From positions 70,124,001 to 70,188,000 of the forward strand of contig NC_058368.1 of NCBI RefSeq assembly GCF_018350175.1: a stretch of 64,000 bases of DNA, read 5' to 3'. The stretch comes from Felis catus. Taxonomy: Eukaryota. Made by a program: the position numbers and the translations under genes. Under the pieces are notes generated by a model. It ran no database searches. It saw only the letters and a list, made by a program, of their open reading frames with translations, and was not told where the DNA came from. The number at the start of each line of letters is the position of its first letter. Position 1 is the first letter of the stretch. Of this stretch, positions 34,892 to 47,908 are shown one piece after another.

Positions 34892-36380
34892 TAGAATCTC
34901 AATTCTTATATTGAATCCATTATTAGAAGAAAATCTATACACCCCTTCTTTGACTTTGATTCCATATTAGTTACTTCTAAACCTATCCAAAATACCGACC
35001 CAAGTCCTATGCAGAAGGCCAGGGAAAAAGTATCCGTCTTTCCAGAATAATCATGTCCACTGTTTACTACTGTTTTAAGCTCTGTTTACTCAAATGACAG
35101 TTCATAGCTTGAATTCACATAAAACCCTTAGGAGAAAGCTGTGGGTTTAACTGCATATGTGTGCGTGCATGTGTACAGAGAAGGCGGAAACAGGTGAGAA
35201 GGGAAAGGAAGGAGAATGCTCAAAACATGGACTCCTATCAGTGTCACAAGGTATATTATCTGTAGGTGACCCACATCCACCTGCCAGGGTAGCCCCTCTT
35301 GGTCCCAAATACTCTGACAATCTACTAAGAGCTTGTCTGAGTCTGCTGGGCACCTGACCCTTGACCCAGGATGCTCACCCCCGCCTCACCCAGCTTTCTG
35401 CCAATTATCACCCCAAAGTCACCTTCACAGTGAGGCTTTTCCTGGTCACCCTCTCTCAGATGCCCCCCTGCCCATTTCATACCACCCCCCCTCCTTGGTT
35501 TAGTTTTCTCTCCTTAGCGCTCATCACTAACATGCCACATATTTCACTTCGGTAAAACAGCCAGGCATTTTCATCCCCCTAGTCCCTGACTGCATCCCAA
35601 AGTCATGGGTACCCTAGCCACCCTTGGTGCCAGCTAAATATTTGTTGAATGCATGAATGCCCACACCAGGGCCCCGATCCCTCTGCTTGCTCCTTAAAAG
35701 GCAGTCCAAGTCTGTCTTGGGGAAAGACATTTATGCGTCCGAACGAATGCTTTTGTGTGTTTCTGAGTTCCCGAGGCTGTTGATTTAGGTGTCATTAATA
35801 GTTTGGGGACATCCTTCTGCTTTTTCTCCCTTTTAGCATAAGTCATCCCCAGCACACACAAGACACTAAACTCAGTAATACCACTTGACAGACTTGACAG
35901 ACTATTTTCGTTTGGCTTAGTGAAGACAAAGAAATCTCGATGAGTTTCCTCTCTTCGAACTTTAAGATACACGACAGTTAAAGACTCAACATGCAAACGT
36001 AAAACGCATGTGAAAAGCCGTGTGGCTCCTGATTCAGGTCCCTGCCACCACTACGGACAAGGACTATGAAAATGGCGGAACAGGACATTTCTGGAGTAAA
36101 GCAGGGCTTTTTGTTTGTACGACTTCTTAAAGAGGTATCCTAGAGGACCCAGGGACCCCAGGAGCAAAAACCCAGATATCCACCCCGGGGGTGTTACAGC
36201 AATATATTAGCCGCGGTGAGAGTAAATCCACTGGTTTATCGTGAATTTGAGAACTAATTCAAATAGCATATTGGAACCGCCGAAATGGAGAGCATACGTA
36301 AGCATCTCGGCAATGACTTGCATTCCCTTTCTTTTGAAGGAGGAAAATGCAAGAAAGCAAGCGGTCACACCCACACCTAC

Positions 36381-36422
36381 CTACAGGAGTGTCATTTGAC
36401 TCCACAGTTGGTGAAAGAAAAG
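36381..36422 (-). CDS. DOCK9: Candidate alternative cassette exon, 42 nt: (A)FLSPTVESNDTPV(D)
   Basis: About 40-nt pyrimidine tract plus TAG, TAG|GTAGGT donor, phase 1->1 matching the host intron, no stop. Confidence 0.75.
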   Translation of the reverse strand, partial: LFFHQLWSQMTLL

Positions 36423-36761
36423 CTAATTCATAAGAAAAAAGGAAAAGTGAAACAAATCAAAAAATAAACTACAGTTAAGTAAAATGGATTTTTATTTAAG
36501 CAAAGGAATTTTTCAGCGAAATAGGGCCTCACCGACATGACCTGCAGTCTAGTAAGTTTGCTGGCGAGTAAGTTCCCACACAACACTTTACCAATAGTTT
36601 TTTTTTTTAATGGAAATTTAACAAGAAAAAAATGAACTCATCAATAAAAAAAAAAATTAGAAAATTCCAAGGTCACATTTGAATCCATTCTCTTTTCTTA
36701 TTAAAAATGGATGGCTCTTTTTGTGAAAAGACTCAGATTAATGTGTGTAGAGATAGATTAC

Positions 36762-36873
36762 CTTGGTATCTTTGGATCCTGCCTTTTCCGAATGGCATGG
36801 GGAGATTCAAAGGTATATAGTGTTCGTGATTGCACACCACACGGAGAAATTCAAACTTGTATTCAAAGAGAGT
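36762..36873 (-). CDS. DOCK9: DOCK9 exon, 112 nt: [37 protein letters not shown](D)
   Basis: GCAG acceptor, GTAATC donor, phase 0->1. Confidence 0.96.
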
Positions 36874-37539
36874 CTGCAGGAAACAATGGTCAAAGATAAA
36901 TACCTCACCGAATACACAGCAACCTAAAAACCTGTTAGAAATCATACACCCAGTCTTTAGCTTCGTGACCCTCTTAAAACCGCATGTTCTATGCTATGTT
37001 ACAGATTTTAGAACGGCTGTAGGGATTTGTTTGAAAACTGGGAATGTATTTCGTTAAACAATGTCCTCCACTGACTCTTAGGACATTTATTCTTTATGCT
37101 TCTCCTACTTCAAAAAAGGATTTCAGGCAGCTTATAATTATAGACACAGACTTAACACCATTAAAAAATGAGTAAGGCAGAGCTTTAAAATAGACACACT
37201 AGGGAAGAGACAGATAATTCTAGACAAAGTCTATGTGCTTACTTCCATTACTTTGTTAAGTAAACTATGATTTCCAACCCTTATACTTTTAATTTTGCAG
37301 TGGAGAAGTCATCTTGGATATTTATGAGAAAATCAAGAAGTATATGTATTTTATATTCAGAATTACTGTATTCCTAACACCCCACACATTAATACAAGTA
37401 CTAGTTAGTACTAGATAGTAACTCCAAAAGAGGGGACAATAGTGCCTCTGGCGGGACTGAAAGAAAATTGTCATGTGAGCCCAGAGAAACAGGTGGGTTT
37501 CTGGATGTCTGTAAGAGCAGCCTGTAACACACAAGCTAC

Positions 37540-37623
37540 CTTCGGGTCTCCAGGAGCAAAGCAGCTGATGTAGTTGTTGATCTGTTTAAAGACGAAGCCC
37601 CTGTCCATGAAGGTGAAACATCT
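37540..37623 (-). CDS. DOCK9: DOCK9 exon, 84 nt: [28 protein letters not shown]
   Basis: ACAG acceptor, GTAGCT donor, phase 0->0. Confidence 0.95.
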
Positions 37624-37693
37624 CTGTGGAGAAAATATCCCAGAAAGGTAAGTATTTAGGCACCAACTTTTTTTTTTTTTTAAGTTGGGTTGA

Positions 37694-37896
37694 GGGGTGC
37701 CTGGGTGGCTCAGTGGGTTGAGTATCTGAATCTTGATTTCAGCTCAGGTCATGAGATCGGAGCCCCAAGCTGGGCTCTGTGCTGAGCATGGAGCCTGCTT
37801 AGGATTCTCTCTCTCTCCCTCTCTCTCTGCCCCTCCCCTGCTTGCTCTCTGTTACTCTCTCTAAAAAACAAAAAACAAAACAAACAAACAAAAAAA
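37694..37896 (+). mobile_element. SINEC filling about half of a 422-nt intron
   Basis: TSD aagttgggttga. Confidence 0.93.
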
Positions 37897-38045
37897 AGTT
37901 GGGTTGAAATCAGCATTTACTGTTAATAAGTTTATCCTTTAGCATAAAAACATACCATTGACATCTACTAAGCACCTACCATATATTGGTCACTGCTAGA
38001 ATGAGCATTTTAGCCACTTGACGCCCTGTGCCCTTCTGCCCTCAC

Positions 38046-38192
38046 CTTGATGAACACAGCAAGACTGTGGTTTGCATGTTTAGATGCCTCTGGGTTATCT
38101 CGAAACTTCTGAGTGATGTGTGGCGTCAGCATATTCACAACAGTTTCCACAGCATGGTGATAAGATGCGGGGAATCTCTGGTTTCGCAATAA
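38046..38192 (-). CDS. DOCK9: DOCK9 exon, 147 nt: LLRNQRFPASYHHAVETVVNMLTPHITQKFRDNPEASKHANHSLAVFIK
   Basis: TTAG acceptor, GTGAGG donor, phase 0->0. Confidence 0.95.
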
Positions 38193-38652
38193 CTAAAAAG
38201 AATTTAGAGCAAACACTAATTATTTCTAAAGTTGCAAACCTCTGGGGAAAAAAAATCTCATTCCTGAGTCCATTTTAAAAAACCCAGAGCTCAAATCTTC
38301 TTTATCTAAAATTAGATAAGAGAAATTATTCTTTCTTCTCTCAAAATACTGTATACAGGTATTCTAATACTTCATAAAGCGCTGTGGATTAGACTAGAGA
38401 TCCTAAACTTTGGGGTGATGAAGATCCCCTTGGAGATACTTCTAAAAATGTGGAGATGTGCCTCTACTCCCAGAAATTCTCATCAGAGCTGCGTTTTTAC
38501 TGAGTACTTTTGGTGGCTCGAATACCTATACCTCTCAGAGATCTCTTTAGAAAATAATGGCTCAGGTTTAAGCTTCAAGTATTCAAACTGAAAATAAACA
38601 GATCAGAGACTGTATGTCACCAGCTGACTCTGCTTAGAAACAGTCCTTTTCA

Positions 38653-38880
38653 GGGGCACCTGGGTGGCTCAGTCTGTTAAGCATCTGACCCTTGATTTCT
38701 GCTCAGGTCATGATCTCATGATTCGACAGATCGAGCTCCATGTCAGGCTCTGTACTGACAGTGAGGAGCCTGCTTGAGATTCTCTCTCTCCCTCTCTCTC
38801 TGCCCTTACCCTGCTTGTGTGCACACTCATGAATTCTCCCTCACTCTCTCAAAATAATAAATAAATATTGAAAAAGAAAA
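38653..38880 (+). mobile_element. Carnivore SINE (SINEC)
   Basis: TSD agaaacagtcct. Confidence 0.93.
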
Positions 38881-39419
38881 AGAAACAGTCCTCTTCAAAT
38901 TAACTTTACATAACAGTTCTTCCCCATCAGGAATGCTTACCTACAAAATTATACACAGATCTCAGCAACTACCTATCACGGACTGTGTACCTTCTACTCA
39001 TCAGGCATCACGCTAGTACATATTTTTATGTGCTTTTTCATTCAATTCTTGTAAGTTTTAACCCTCATTTTACAGATGGTTAGAGAGGCCAGGTAAATGA
39101 GTCTTTAGTCACACAACTAACAAGTAACAAAGATTCAAACCCAGATCTACCATGAGTCCAAGGCCTGTGTTCTTTCTGCTCTTTGATGCTTTGGTTCCCC
39201 ACCCACGTGCCCAATAAATGGAACAATTTACTAAGAGCCTGAAATGTGAAGGGACTGAATTAGATGTTCCATGACATTTATCCACTCATGCGTGCGATTC
39301 TAAAAGTCACAACTGGGGTGTATTTTCACCCCCATTTTACAAATGAGAAAACTAAAGCTTAGAGAGACTCAGTAAGTACTACCTGAACTCCAGTATCCCT
39401 CCTTTCCTTCTCCCTCTTA

Positions 39420-39815
39420 ATGGAGGAACCCCTCCAGCATGCTGCTGCCCAGCTAGCGACTACATTTCCCAGCCTAACTTGAGGCCAGAGAAGGGCCATG
39501 TGACTGAGTTCTGGCCAATGGGCTGTAAGAGAAAGACTGTGTGCTTTCTCAGCCATGTCCATAAAAGGGGTTGCTTGCCTTCCAAGTCTTCTTTACCACT
39601 GTCTGGAATGAGGGCCAGCGCTTCAACCATGCAGATGAGGTTAACACCTGGGCTGGATAATTGGACAGGAGCTTGAGTCCCTGAACGACCTTGGGGGGAC
39701 AATCTCCCCCACTCTCAGAGCTGCCTACTGGCTAATAAATTTCCAAAAGAGAAAAATGAAACTTTTGTCTTACTTAAGCCATTATTTTGTGGTTTTCTGC
39801 AGCAGCCAAACCAAA
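39420..39815 (+). mobile_element. Old MaLR (MLT1-type) LTR
   Basis: catttcccagcc...ggccatgtgactgagttctggccaatg...gcagccaaacc. Confidence 0.75.
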
Positions 39816-40339
39816 GAAACAGTATTTTCTAAAACTAGAAATCTAGGTATTTCTGACATGAAAGCATGCATTATTTTATGCATTAAATCCCAGAATCTTT
39901 TGTGAATTTTGAAATATCAATAGCTTTATAATAATCTTAATTCTCAAACCAATAATAAGACAATCTTTGTAAACTTCTTTAAACTCAAGAATCCAGTGAG
40001 GGAAGGATCAAGTAATAATAGTATTTAAAGTTTACTTTCCTTCCAAAACAGAACAGTAAAATTAGAAATTCCAAAAGGATTTTGTTCCATATGTACAGCC
40101 AATAACTCTATATCCTGAGGTGTCAGCCTCAGTAAATGATCAGCTTCCTGGACTCCAAGCCAGGCCAACTCAAGCCACCAGGCCTGACTGCCTGACACCC
40201 AAGCTGCCTACTCCTGAAAAAAGGTCTCTCAAGAAATCGCTGAGGCCTTCATAATGGGTCTCAGTCAATGGCTGCTTAAACCATTAAAAGTGGACAGGGA
40301 ACTCAATAACGTATGGGCATCTCTTAACCTATTAGTCAC

Positions 40340-41002
40340 TGTTATCAAAACTCAGAATGGGACAACCAGACACTGAATGCCCCCCGATATGATGCAGTAG
40401 CACCAATTATGAAGTATCCTTCCTAAAGAGCAAATCGAACCTAAATTGAATTGAGCCTCAACATCACTACAAGTTTACAGGAACCACAGGGGACAAAGGC
40501 CCATGTCACATAACACTGCGAGGTTATAGTGTGGGAAATTCTGCAGGACAAATGGCCCACTTTCTTCAACAAAAACACTGCATTAAAAAGCAAACAAATG
40601 ACAAGGAACAGTTTGAAAATCCAGGAGACTTCAGAGACATATCAACCACATGCAATGTGCAGACTATGTTTAGATCCTGACTCAGACCAGCCAACTGTAA
40701 AATGACATTTCAAAGACACCTGGGGAAAAATGAATACAGACAGGGTGTCAGATGATAATGAAGAAATGTCGCTGACTTTGTTGAGTGTCATAATGGTACA
40801 CTGCTTACATCTTTTTTGAAGGCTTTATCAGTTAGAGATAACACATTCAAGTTTTTACAGATGAAATGATAAAATAGGGGCAACTGGGTGGCTCAGTTGG
40901 TTAAGCGTCTGACTCTTGATTTCGGTTCAGGTCATGATCTCATGGTTCGTGGGATCGAGCCCCAGGTGGGGCTGCTCGCTGACAGCCTGGAGCCTGCTTG
41001 GG

Positions 41003-41039
<37 letters not shown>

Positions 41040-41270
41040 TCCCTTCCCTGCTCATTCTCTTTCAAAAATAAATAATCTTAAAAAAATAAATGATAAAATA
41101 TTTGGTAATTGCTTTTAAAATACTCTAAAAAAAAGTGTGGAAGTGGATATATAACTGTTGAAGGGGAGTGACAGCTTCAGACATGAGATTCAGCAAACTG
41201 TTCTCTTCCCTTTTTGTGTTTACTTAAAAATTTCTACAATAAGAGGTTTTTATGAACAAGAAAGAAAATG
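40340..41270 (+). mobile_element. Old L1M 3'-end fossil interrupted by a SINE
   Basis: gagacatatcaaccacatgcaatgtgcagac...gatcctgactc motifs. Confidence 0.6.
40877..41085 (+). mobile_element. Carnivore SINE (SINEC)
   Basis: TSD aaatgataaaata. Confidence 0.93.
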
Positions 41271-44200
41271 TGGTGATGAATGGTGGATGATTAACATACC
41301 AACCGACCAACAATGCTGCTCAGTGATAAGAGGTCAACTCAGTGCCTCTGCAGACTGAAATGGAGCTCTCCTTGCAGTGACAAACAGCTATTGTCAAGAG
41401 TCCTAATTTGCCAACAAAACAGTGAGGAAAGACACATCAACAGGTGATAAAGACCAAAGCAATTAGATGTTTTTACAGAGATTACTCTACACTGAAATGG
41501 AAGAAAATGATCTAGGATAATGGGCTGCTGTCCAGGGTGGTGGGTATTCAAGCGCCAGCTCGGACGAGAGGACGCTGAGACACTGAGAGACTTCTAGACC
41601 AAACAAAACCCCAACTCCTGACCTTGTCGTGCTGTGGGATCTCCTTTCAGCGCTGCTGCAGCGTCCCCAGCGGCCCAGCCACTCCCCATCTGCTCCTCTG
41701 ACACCTGCTGCCAGTGTGGGGTCTGCATGCCCAGGAGCTGTCCACACCAGATCAGCCTCCTCCGGCAGACATGCTGTGTCCTGTGCCCCCCAACCCTGCT
41801 GTGGGCCCGACACCTCTGTGCCATCCTGTTGGCTGCTCAGCTCCTGCCACCCGGCCCCCAGCCTGAGTGGGATCTTCTTGATGAGCCACATTCGGCCGTG
41901 CTGCGAAGGACCCTGTGAGCCCCACCGCTAGCAGCCACGTCTGCAGACACCAGCGACGGGATCCACCGCGTCCCACACGTCCTGTCTGGGCTCCGACAGT
42001 GGCTGCCGCCCAAATCACTGCTTCATGTACAAGGGGGTCACACCGGTATTCAAATGTTTGGTTCTCTTCTCCTTACTGGGTTCCTCTACTTCTTAGGGGT
42101 TAGAGAACTCTTTTCTACAGGCTACATTATGGCTCAATGAGATGTACTAAAAAAGACTATTAGCTAATAAACTTCATTTTCCTGGCCTTACCTGGGCATC
42201 AGCTCTTTCTCCTGCCTCATGCTCATTCTCTTCTCCCTAAATGTGGCATCCTTATAGGCCCAGGAGAAGCCTCTATCTCTACAGTGATCTAGCATCTTGG
42301 AGCTCACACATACACTTCTTCCCTGTGCTCTAACGGTTCCCGGCTGAATGTCTTCTTTCTCCCAGGAGTACATCAACTTCAAGGCTGACGATGCACCATC
42401 TACACCACCTGCAGACCTCCTCAGTGCTCTGTACACAGCAAACAACTATTCCAAACACACGCTCATGTACGTAAGTATGGATACTGACATTCTGTACATT
42501 CTGCCGTCATGTGTTCACAGTGTTTACAAATACAGTTGAGGGGAAGTCCAGGCAGCCCATCTAAAACAGGAACCATCCCATTCTTTGCCTATGTTTCAAG
42601 TAAACACTCTTTCCTTGATCAATTAGGCCAGAAAAAAACTGGCTGAAGGCTAAACACCTAACTAAGGTGATATACTCATCCTATCCTATGCCACATTTTC
42701 CAGCTTCCTTGAAGTACACCTGTGGAATGCTAGCAATTTGGCTTGATTCAATGTGGGAGGAGAGGAAATTCAAAAAGAGTCTGCTGAAATTATAGCTGCT
42801 AAATATAAGTGATAGAAAAGAAATCACCTAAAATGTGTCGAGCACAGAGGCAGAGTGGGGTTCAGAGCTGGGAACTCCTTAGTGGGCCTTGATGAGGTCT
42901 GTTTTATATTCTCCTTGAAAACTGCTAATTGTCAATTCCAAGCACGTGTCACCTACGGACACTGGCTGGGATGGGGAGGTGGGCACACGGGGCTACCTCC
43001 ATCTTCAGCAAGAATGCAGCATTAGAAGCAAGCCTACCAGCATCAAATTTATCCGTCTACGTAAATATGCACCAGATGGAAGGACCCCATTAACATCGAG
43101 AGTGCACACTGAAGGCTGCAGCTCAACATAGACTATGCCTCCAAATGCTGATCGATGCTAAATATTCTTTGGGTAGGGCACTTTCAGCTCCAGTGAAAGC
43201 ATTACCTGGCTCTTAGATGAATCTGTGGCCCATGTACCCCTAGTAGACAAATGCGTGCCTGGTCATGGCATTTTAAGAAAGACTCACCCAAGGGGGCAAA
43301 AAAAATTAGGGTCAGGATTATAAACACATTGGATTATACTAATAATCATCAGTCTAAAAGTATAAAAACTCTGAGGGAATTTGATTATGATTTTGGAAAT
43401 CACAAATGGCACAGGCACGGTGAATATGAAATTGTTCCCTAAATTCAGAACACTGGGATCAGGGACTAGGGCATACAACTCTTAAGGTATAAATACAGAC
43501 GAACATGAAAATAACTAATTCAAACACATAAAACTCATTACTCCTAAGATACGAAGCAAAATGAATAAAGCCTTCAAAATATGTGAGAAGTCCCTAGATC
43601 AATAATGTCTGACTCAGGGAAGGAACAGCATGGATCAGGTGACACAGAAGAAGCCAGAGGAAAAGTGAAATGTTAAACTCTCCAAAGTGGCAAGCAGGTA
43701 TTTTGAATCTCTTTTTATAGTAAATTATCTTATGGTTAAACTTTCTCCTTTTGGATACCAGTGTTTCTTTTTATGCTGGATAACAAGTTTTAAACAAACT
43801 ACTTCTAAAAACTCTCTGAATACTGTTTTAAGACCAAGATATAATTAACTTACAGAAAAGGTTGTGCATGGTAGCATTTGAGCAGTCTGTTCTAAAGAGT
43901 TCCAAAAACAAACTGTTTCCCAGAGTTGCTGGAAGAATCAGTTTATAAGGCTGGAAACAGCAGAACATCTGGGAGAGGATGATTCTGACTCGAGCATGAG
44001 TTCTTGGCTCTGCTCAGCTGTGTGACCCTGGGCAGGGCACCTCACAGGTCTATACTCCACCTCCACCTCTGGGACATATGGGAGGAGCTGGACCAGGAGG
44101 CAGCTTTCAGGCCCCTACCATCCATGAGATTCTATGGTTTAATTTGGCACCTTGAGAAAAAACCACATGCCATTTAATTACTCTATTAATTTTCTATTAC

Positions 44201-44500
44201 AGTTCTTGGAAAGAGATGTTATTGGGTACTTATGCTTCTGTGGGTGTTTCAGAAGTGTACATCACCTCTTTGTCAATCGCTCCTGTAGTCCATTCGGGCA
44301 CTTTCCCACCTAAACTTTGTGAGGGCACAAACCACGCCACATTTAACTTTGTAACCTGTGAGTCTCCATATAAATAAGGTATCTCAATGAATAGTTTCTG
44401 AACAAATCAGTTCTATTTTTAAATATAATCAAGCCACCAATCTTTCTGAAGTGATTACATTTATTTGAAACCAAAAATAATGAAAAATCTAGTGGGGCCT

Positions 44501-44649
44501 TGTTGTGGACTGAATTGTGTCCCTAAAATTTGTATGTTGGGGTACCTGGGTAGCTCAGTCAGTTAAGCATCCGACTCTTGATTTTGGCTCAGGTCATGAG
44601 ACAAAGCCCCGTGCCCAATTCTGTGCTGAGCATGGAGCCTGCTTAAGAT

Positions 44650-44704
<55 letters not shown>

Positions 44705-45012
44705 GCCCTTCCTCCACTCTCTCTCTCTAAAAACAATAACAACAACAACAACAAAATTCATATGTTGAAATCCTAACCCACAATCTCTTAGAATTTGACC
44801 ATATTTGGAGATAGGGTCTTTAAAGAGGTAATTAAGTTACTATAAGGTCATTAAAGTGGGCCTTAACCAACAAGACTGATGTCCTTACAAGAAGAGGAGA
44901 CGTGCACTTGATGTCAGATTTCCAGCCTCTGGAAGTGTGCAGAAATAAACTTCTATTGTTAAAGCCACCCAGGCTGTGGTACTTGCTATGGAAGCCCAAG
45001 CAAACTAAGACA
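44501..45012 (+). mobile_element. MaLR (MLT1-type) LTR with nested SINEC (44539-44752, containing a long (CT)n)
   Basis: tgtggactgaattgtgtccct ... caaactaagaca; SINE TSD aaaatt..tatgttg. Confidence 0.85.
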
Positions 45013-45076
45013 GGCCAACAACCTATCCTGCATATGATGACATTTTTAACAGAAAAGTACTATATCCAAATGGCCC

Positions 45077-45542
45077 ATGTGTGTGCATGTGTGTGTGTGT
45101 ATGCACGTGTGTGCATGTATGTGTAAGTGTGTGCACACTCGTGTGTACATGCATGCACATGTGAGTGCACGCACACATGTGTAAGTGTGTGTGCATGTGT
45201 GTGCACGCATGCATAAGTGCATGTGTGTGCATTCATGAATGTGTGTGTGCATGTGTGTGCATGCATACATACATGCATAAGTGCATGTGTGTGCATTCAT
45301 GAATGTGTGTATGAGTGCGTGCATGTGTGCATGCACATGCGTGCATATGTGAGTGTGTGCATGCATGCGTGTGTGCATGCATATGCGTGCGTGTGTGCAT
45401 GCATGTGTGTGCGTGTGCATGCATGCATAAGTGCATGGGTGTGCATTCATGCATGCATGTGTGCGTGTGTGTGCATGCATGCAAAAGTACATGTGTGTGC
45501 ATTCATGAATGTGTGTGTGCATGTGTGTGCGTGCACACACAC
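45077..45542. repeat. About 465-bp compound (TG)n/(TGCA)n alternating purine-pyrimidine repeat with higher-order units
   Basis: Read directly; source of the His/Cys/Val-rich spurious ORFs. Confidence 0.95.
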
Positions 45543-46351
45543 TGAGCTGCATACTGCCAAGCAGACAATCTGCTAGGTTTTTATTTGGCAGGCTATTCTG
45601 GCATGATTTAGTTGTGCATTACTCTGTGGAAAGCAGGGCCCACTTCCATCTGGCATTTCCCTGGGCACTAAAACCGGAATTAAAAGGGAAAAATAAAAAG
45701 GAAACCACCTGGTCAGGCACTAGTGCCTGCTCCACTAGAGGAAAGTGTGGCTCTCGGTGCTGAGCTGCCAACCTTCTGCCTGACAAAATCCAGCAGCCTT
45801 TCCCCAGGCTTTCTCTGAGAGTCCAGATCCCTGGTCCAGGTGGCCTAGAACTTCACCCTCCCTCCCTGTGGTTCCCCTCTCCTCCCCTCATTCACTGTGA
45901 GAGAAAGCTGGGCACCAGCTCCCTGCCCCAGGGCCTCTTGCTCTCCATGGGGCTCAATGGGCTCAATGCCCTGCTTCTGCATAATTGCGATGCAGAGAGA
46001 ATTCGGAGTCGTTATGGCAACTCCAAGAGGATGCACATCTCAAAAGGGACTTGGTGACTTGGCCACTGCATTCACCTATTAGAATCTTACAAAAATGTAT
46101 CTACAGTGAGCCTCAGACAGCCAGAAACAGCCGGTCACACCCAGACAGGCATCAGTCCAGAGAGGACACGTAGGGACCCAGAGTGTCACACACACCCAGG
46201 CACCTCAGCGAGAAGGGTTGGTGGGGGGAGACTGAGTTATCTCAGAGTCCATTCATTGCTTAGAGGACATGCATCTGACACGCTCAGCTTAGTCCCTGAG
46301 AAAGGTCTATAATGTTCAAGACTGGGTAATTACATTTAAAATAAATGTATA

Positions 46352-46572
46352 GGGGCGCCTGGGTGGCGCAGTCGGTTGAGCGTCCGACTTCAGCCAGGTC
46401 ACGATCTCGCGGTCCGTGAGTTCGAGCCCCGCGTCGGGCTCTGGGCTGATGGCTCAGAGCCTGGAGCCTGTTTCCGATTCTGTGTCTCCCTCTCTCTCTG
46501 CCCCTCCCCCATTCATGCTCTGTCTCTCTCTGTCCCCAAAAAATAAATAAACGTTGAAAAAAAAATTTTTTT
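46352..46572 (+). mobile_element. Young CpG-rich SINEC_Fc
   Basis: TSD aaataaatgtata. Confidence 0.96.
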
Positions 46573-46966
46573 AAATAAATGTATAAACTATTACTCTCAT
46601 TTCAACAGACTTGAAGATTTCTGAGCTATTTAAAGGAAAAGCCTTTGGACTTTTTAACACATGCTTCAGGAGAGTGAGCTTTGGAGGCAGACTGGTCTCA
46701 AAACCTGGCCCCCTCCATTCGCTGGCAGCGTGGCCTTGGGCAAGGAACTCGCTCTGCCCTCAGTATCTTCATTTATAAAATGAAGGGTAGAACTTTATTA
46801 TAGCCTGATGGCTTTGTCACATGGAATAAACCGCTTTCTCACTTGGAAAGCCGTTAGAACAGTACTGTAACTGGCACACAGAAAGGGCTAATGAACGTTG
46901 GCCACAAACCCAATGAAAAGACTCCCTTAAGAGCCACCACACAAGGCCCGATACAAAAGGACATAC

Positions 46967-47038
46967 CTTAACTTTGGAGTTCTCTATCAAATGCTGAGCC
47001 ATGGATTTTATCAAAACGTCAAAGAAAAACCATGAATA
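46967..47038 (-). CDS. DOCK9: DOCK9 exon, 72 nt: YSWFFFDVLIKSMAQHLIENSKVK
   Basis: TCAG acceptor, GTATGT donor, phase 0->0. Confidence 0.95.
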
Positions 47039-47561
47039 CTGAAAGAAAACAAAAAAGGATGCTGGTAAGAAAAACAACAACTTAGAAGGTAAGATGTTTA
47101 CCCCCTTAGGCCGACAATGTTACAGACACAAAACAGGTGTAATCAAAAGCAGGGCTGAACCTCTCGATAAATAAATTATTATGGGACCAGAGGTGAGTGG
47201 CAGGCAGCTGTTTTCTGGCTTTTGCGTGTCCAGGAAGCTGGGTGCATCTGCTCAGCACGGCACAAGCCAGTAAGAGGCACCACTGGATTAGATTTGTGAT
47301 CTCGCCTCTTTGCTGAGCCTCGCCTGCTGATGCCACCTTTGTAATTTCTCAGTGTCCTCCACCCATTTGAATATAATGACTTCTTAAAATTTAAGAGCCC
47401 ATGGAACTTTGAATATGGTAATATTTTGCAGCTCCATCAGAAACCCAAGTATACGCAGCAAAGTTGGTCCCCGAGAACTAACTCTTCACCCCTTTTCAGG
47501 AGGTGGTGATGGTCTCTAAAAGCACACCAGGAAGGTGAACTGATCCGGCTGTGGCATTTTG

Positions 47562-47713
47562 CAAGAAAGCAAGCTGAGGAGGGTCAGAGAATCCAAAGGG
47601 GGCTTAGTGCTGACAGCAGAGAGCTAGATTCAGGGCTCAAACTCATGAACAGTGAGATCGTGACCCTAGCAGAAGTCGGACGCTTAACCCACTGAGCCAC
47701 CCAGGCACCCCCT
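47562..47713 (-). mobile_element. Degenerate SINEC lacking a poly-A tail
   Basis: 15-bp TSD ggctgtggcattttg (47547-47561 / 47714-47728). Confidence 0.85.
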
Positions 47714-47782
47714 GGCTGTGGCATTTTGGATTCTCTCTCATCAGTTTCCATATCACAGAGCCACCCTGGCCCCTCGACATAC

Positions 47783-47908
47783 CTTAAGTAGTTTGTTGCT
47801 GGTGAGGAAGTCGGCAGAAGGCTTGAGAATTGTGGTCATGGCTTTTGTCAGTTCTTCGTGCACTGTCTTGTATTCGGAAGCAACGTACGGCTCAGCCTTG
47901 TACGCATA
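47783..47908 (-). CDS. DOCK9: DOCK9 exon, 126 nt: YAYKAEPYVASEYKTVHEELTKAMTTILKPSADFLTSNKLLK
   Basis: TTCAAAG acceptor, GTATGT donor, phase 0->0. Confidence 0.95.

Noticed and set aside
41487..42103. GC-rich block with overlapping ORFs on both strands, possible processed pseudogene
   Set aside because: No recognisable protein, poly-A tail or TSD; GC content explains the ORFs. It could be a decayed repeat or an enhancer, which the sequence alone cannot support.
43280..43380. Strong donor TGG|GTGAGT
   Set aside because: Nearby upstream acceptors give stop-containing sequence; no support as an exon.
45023..45576. Several His/Cys/Val-rich ORFs up to 168 aa
   Set aside because: Translations of the TG/TGCA repeat; no splice or coding signal.
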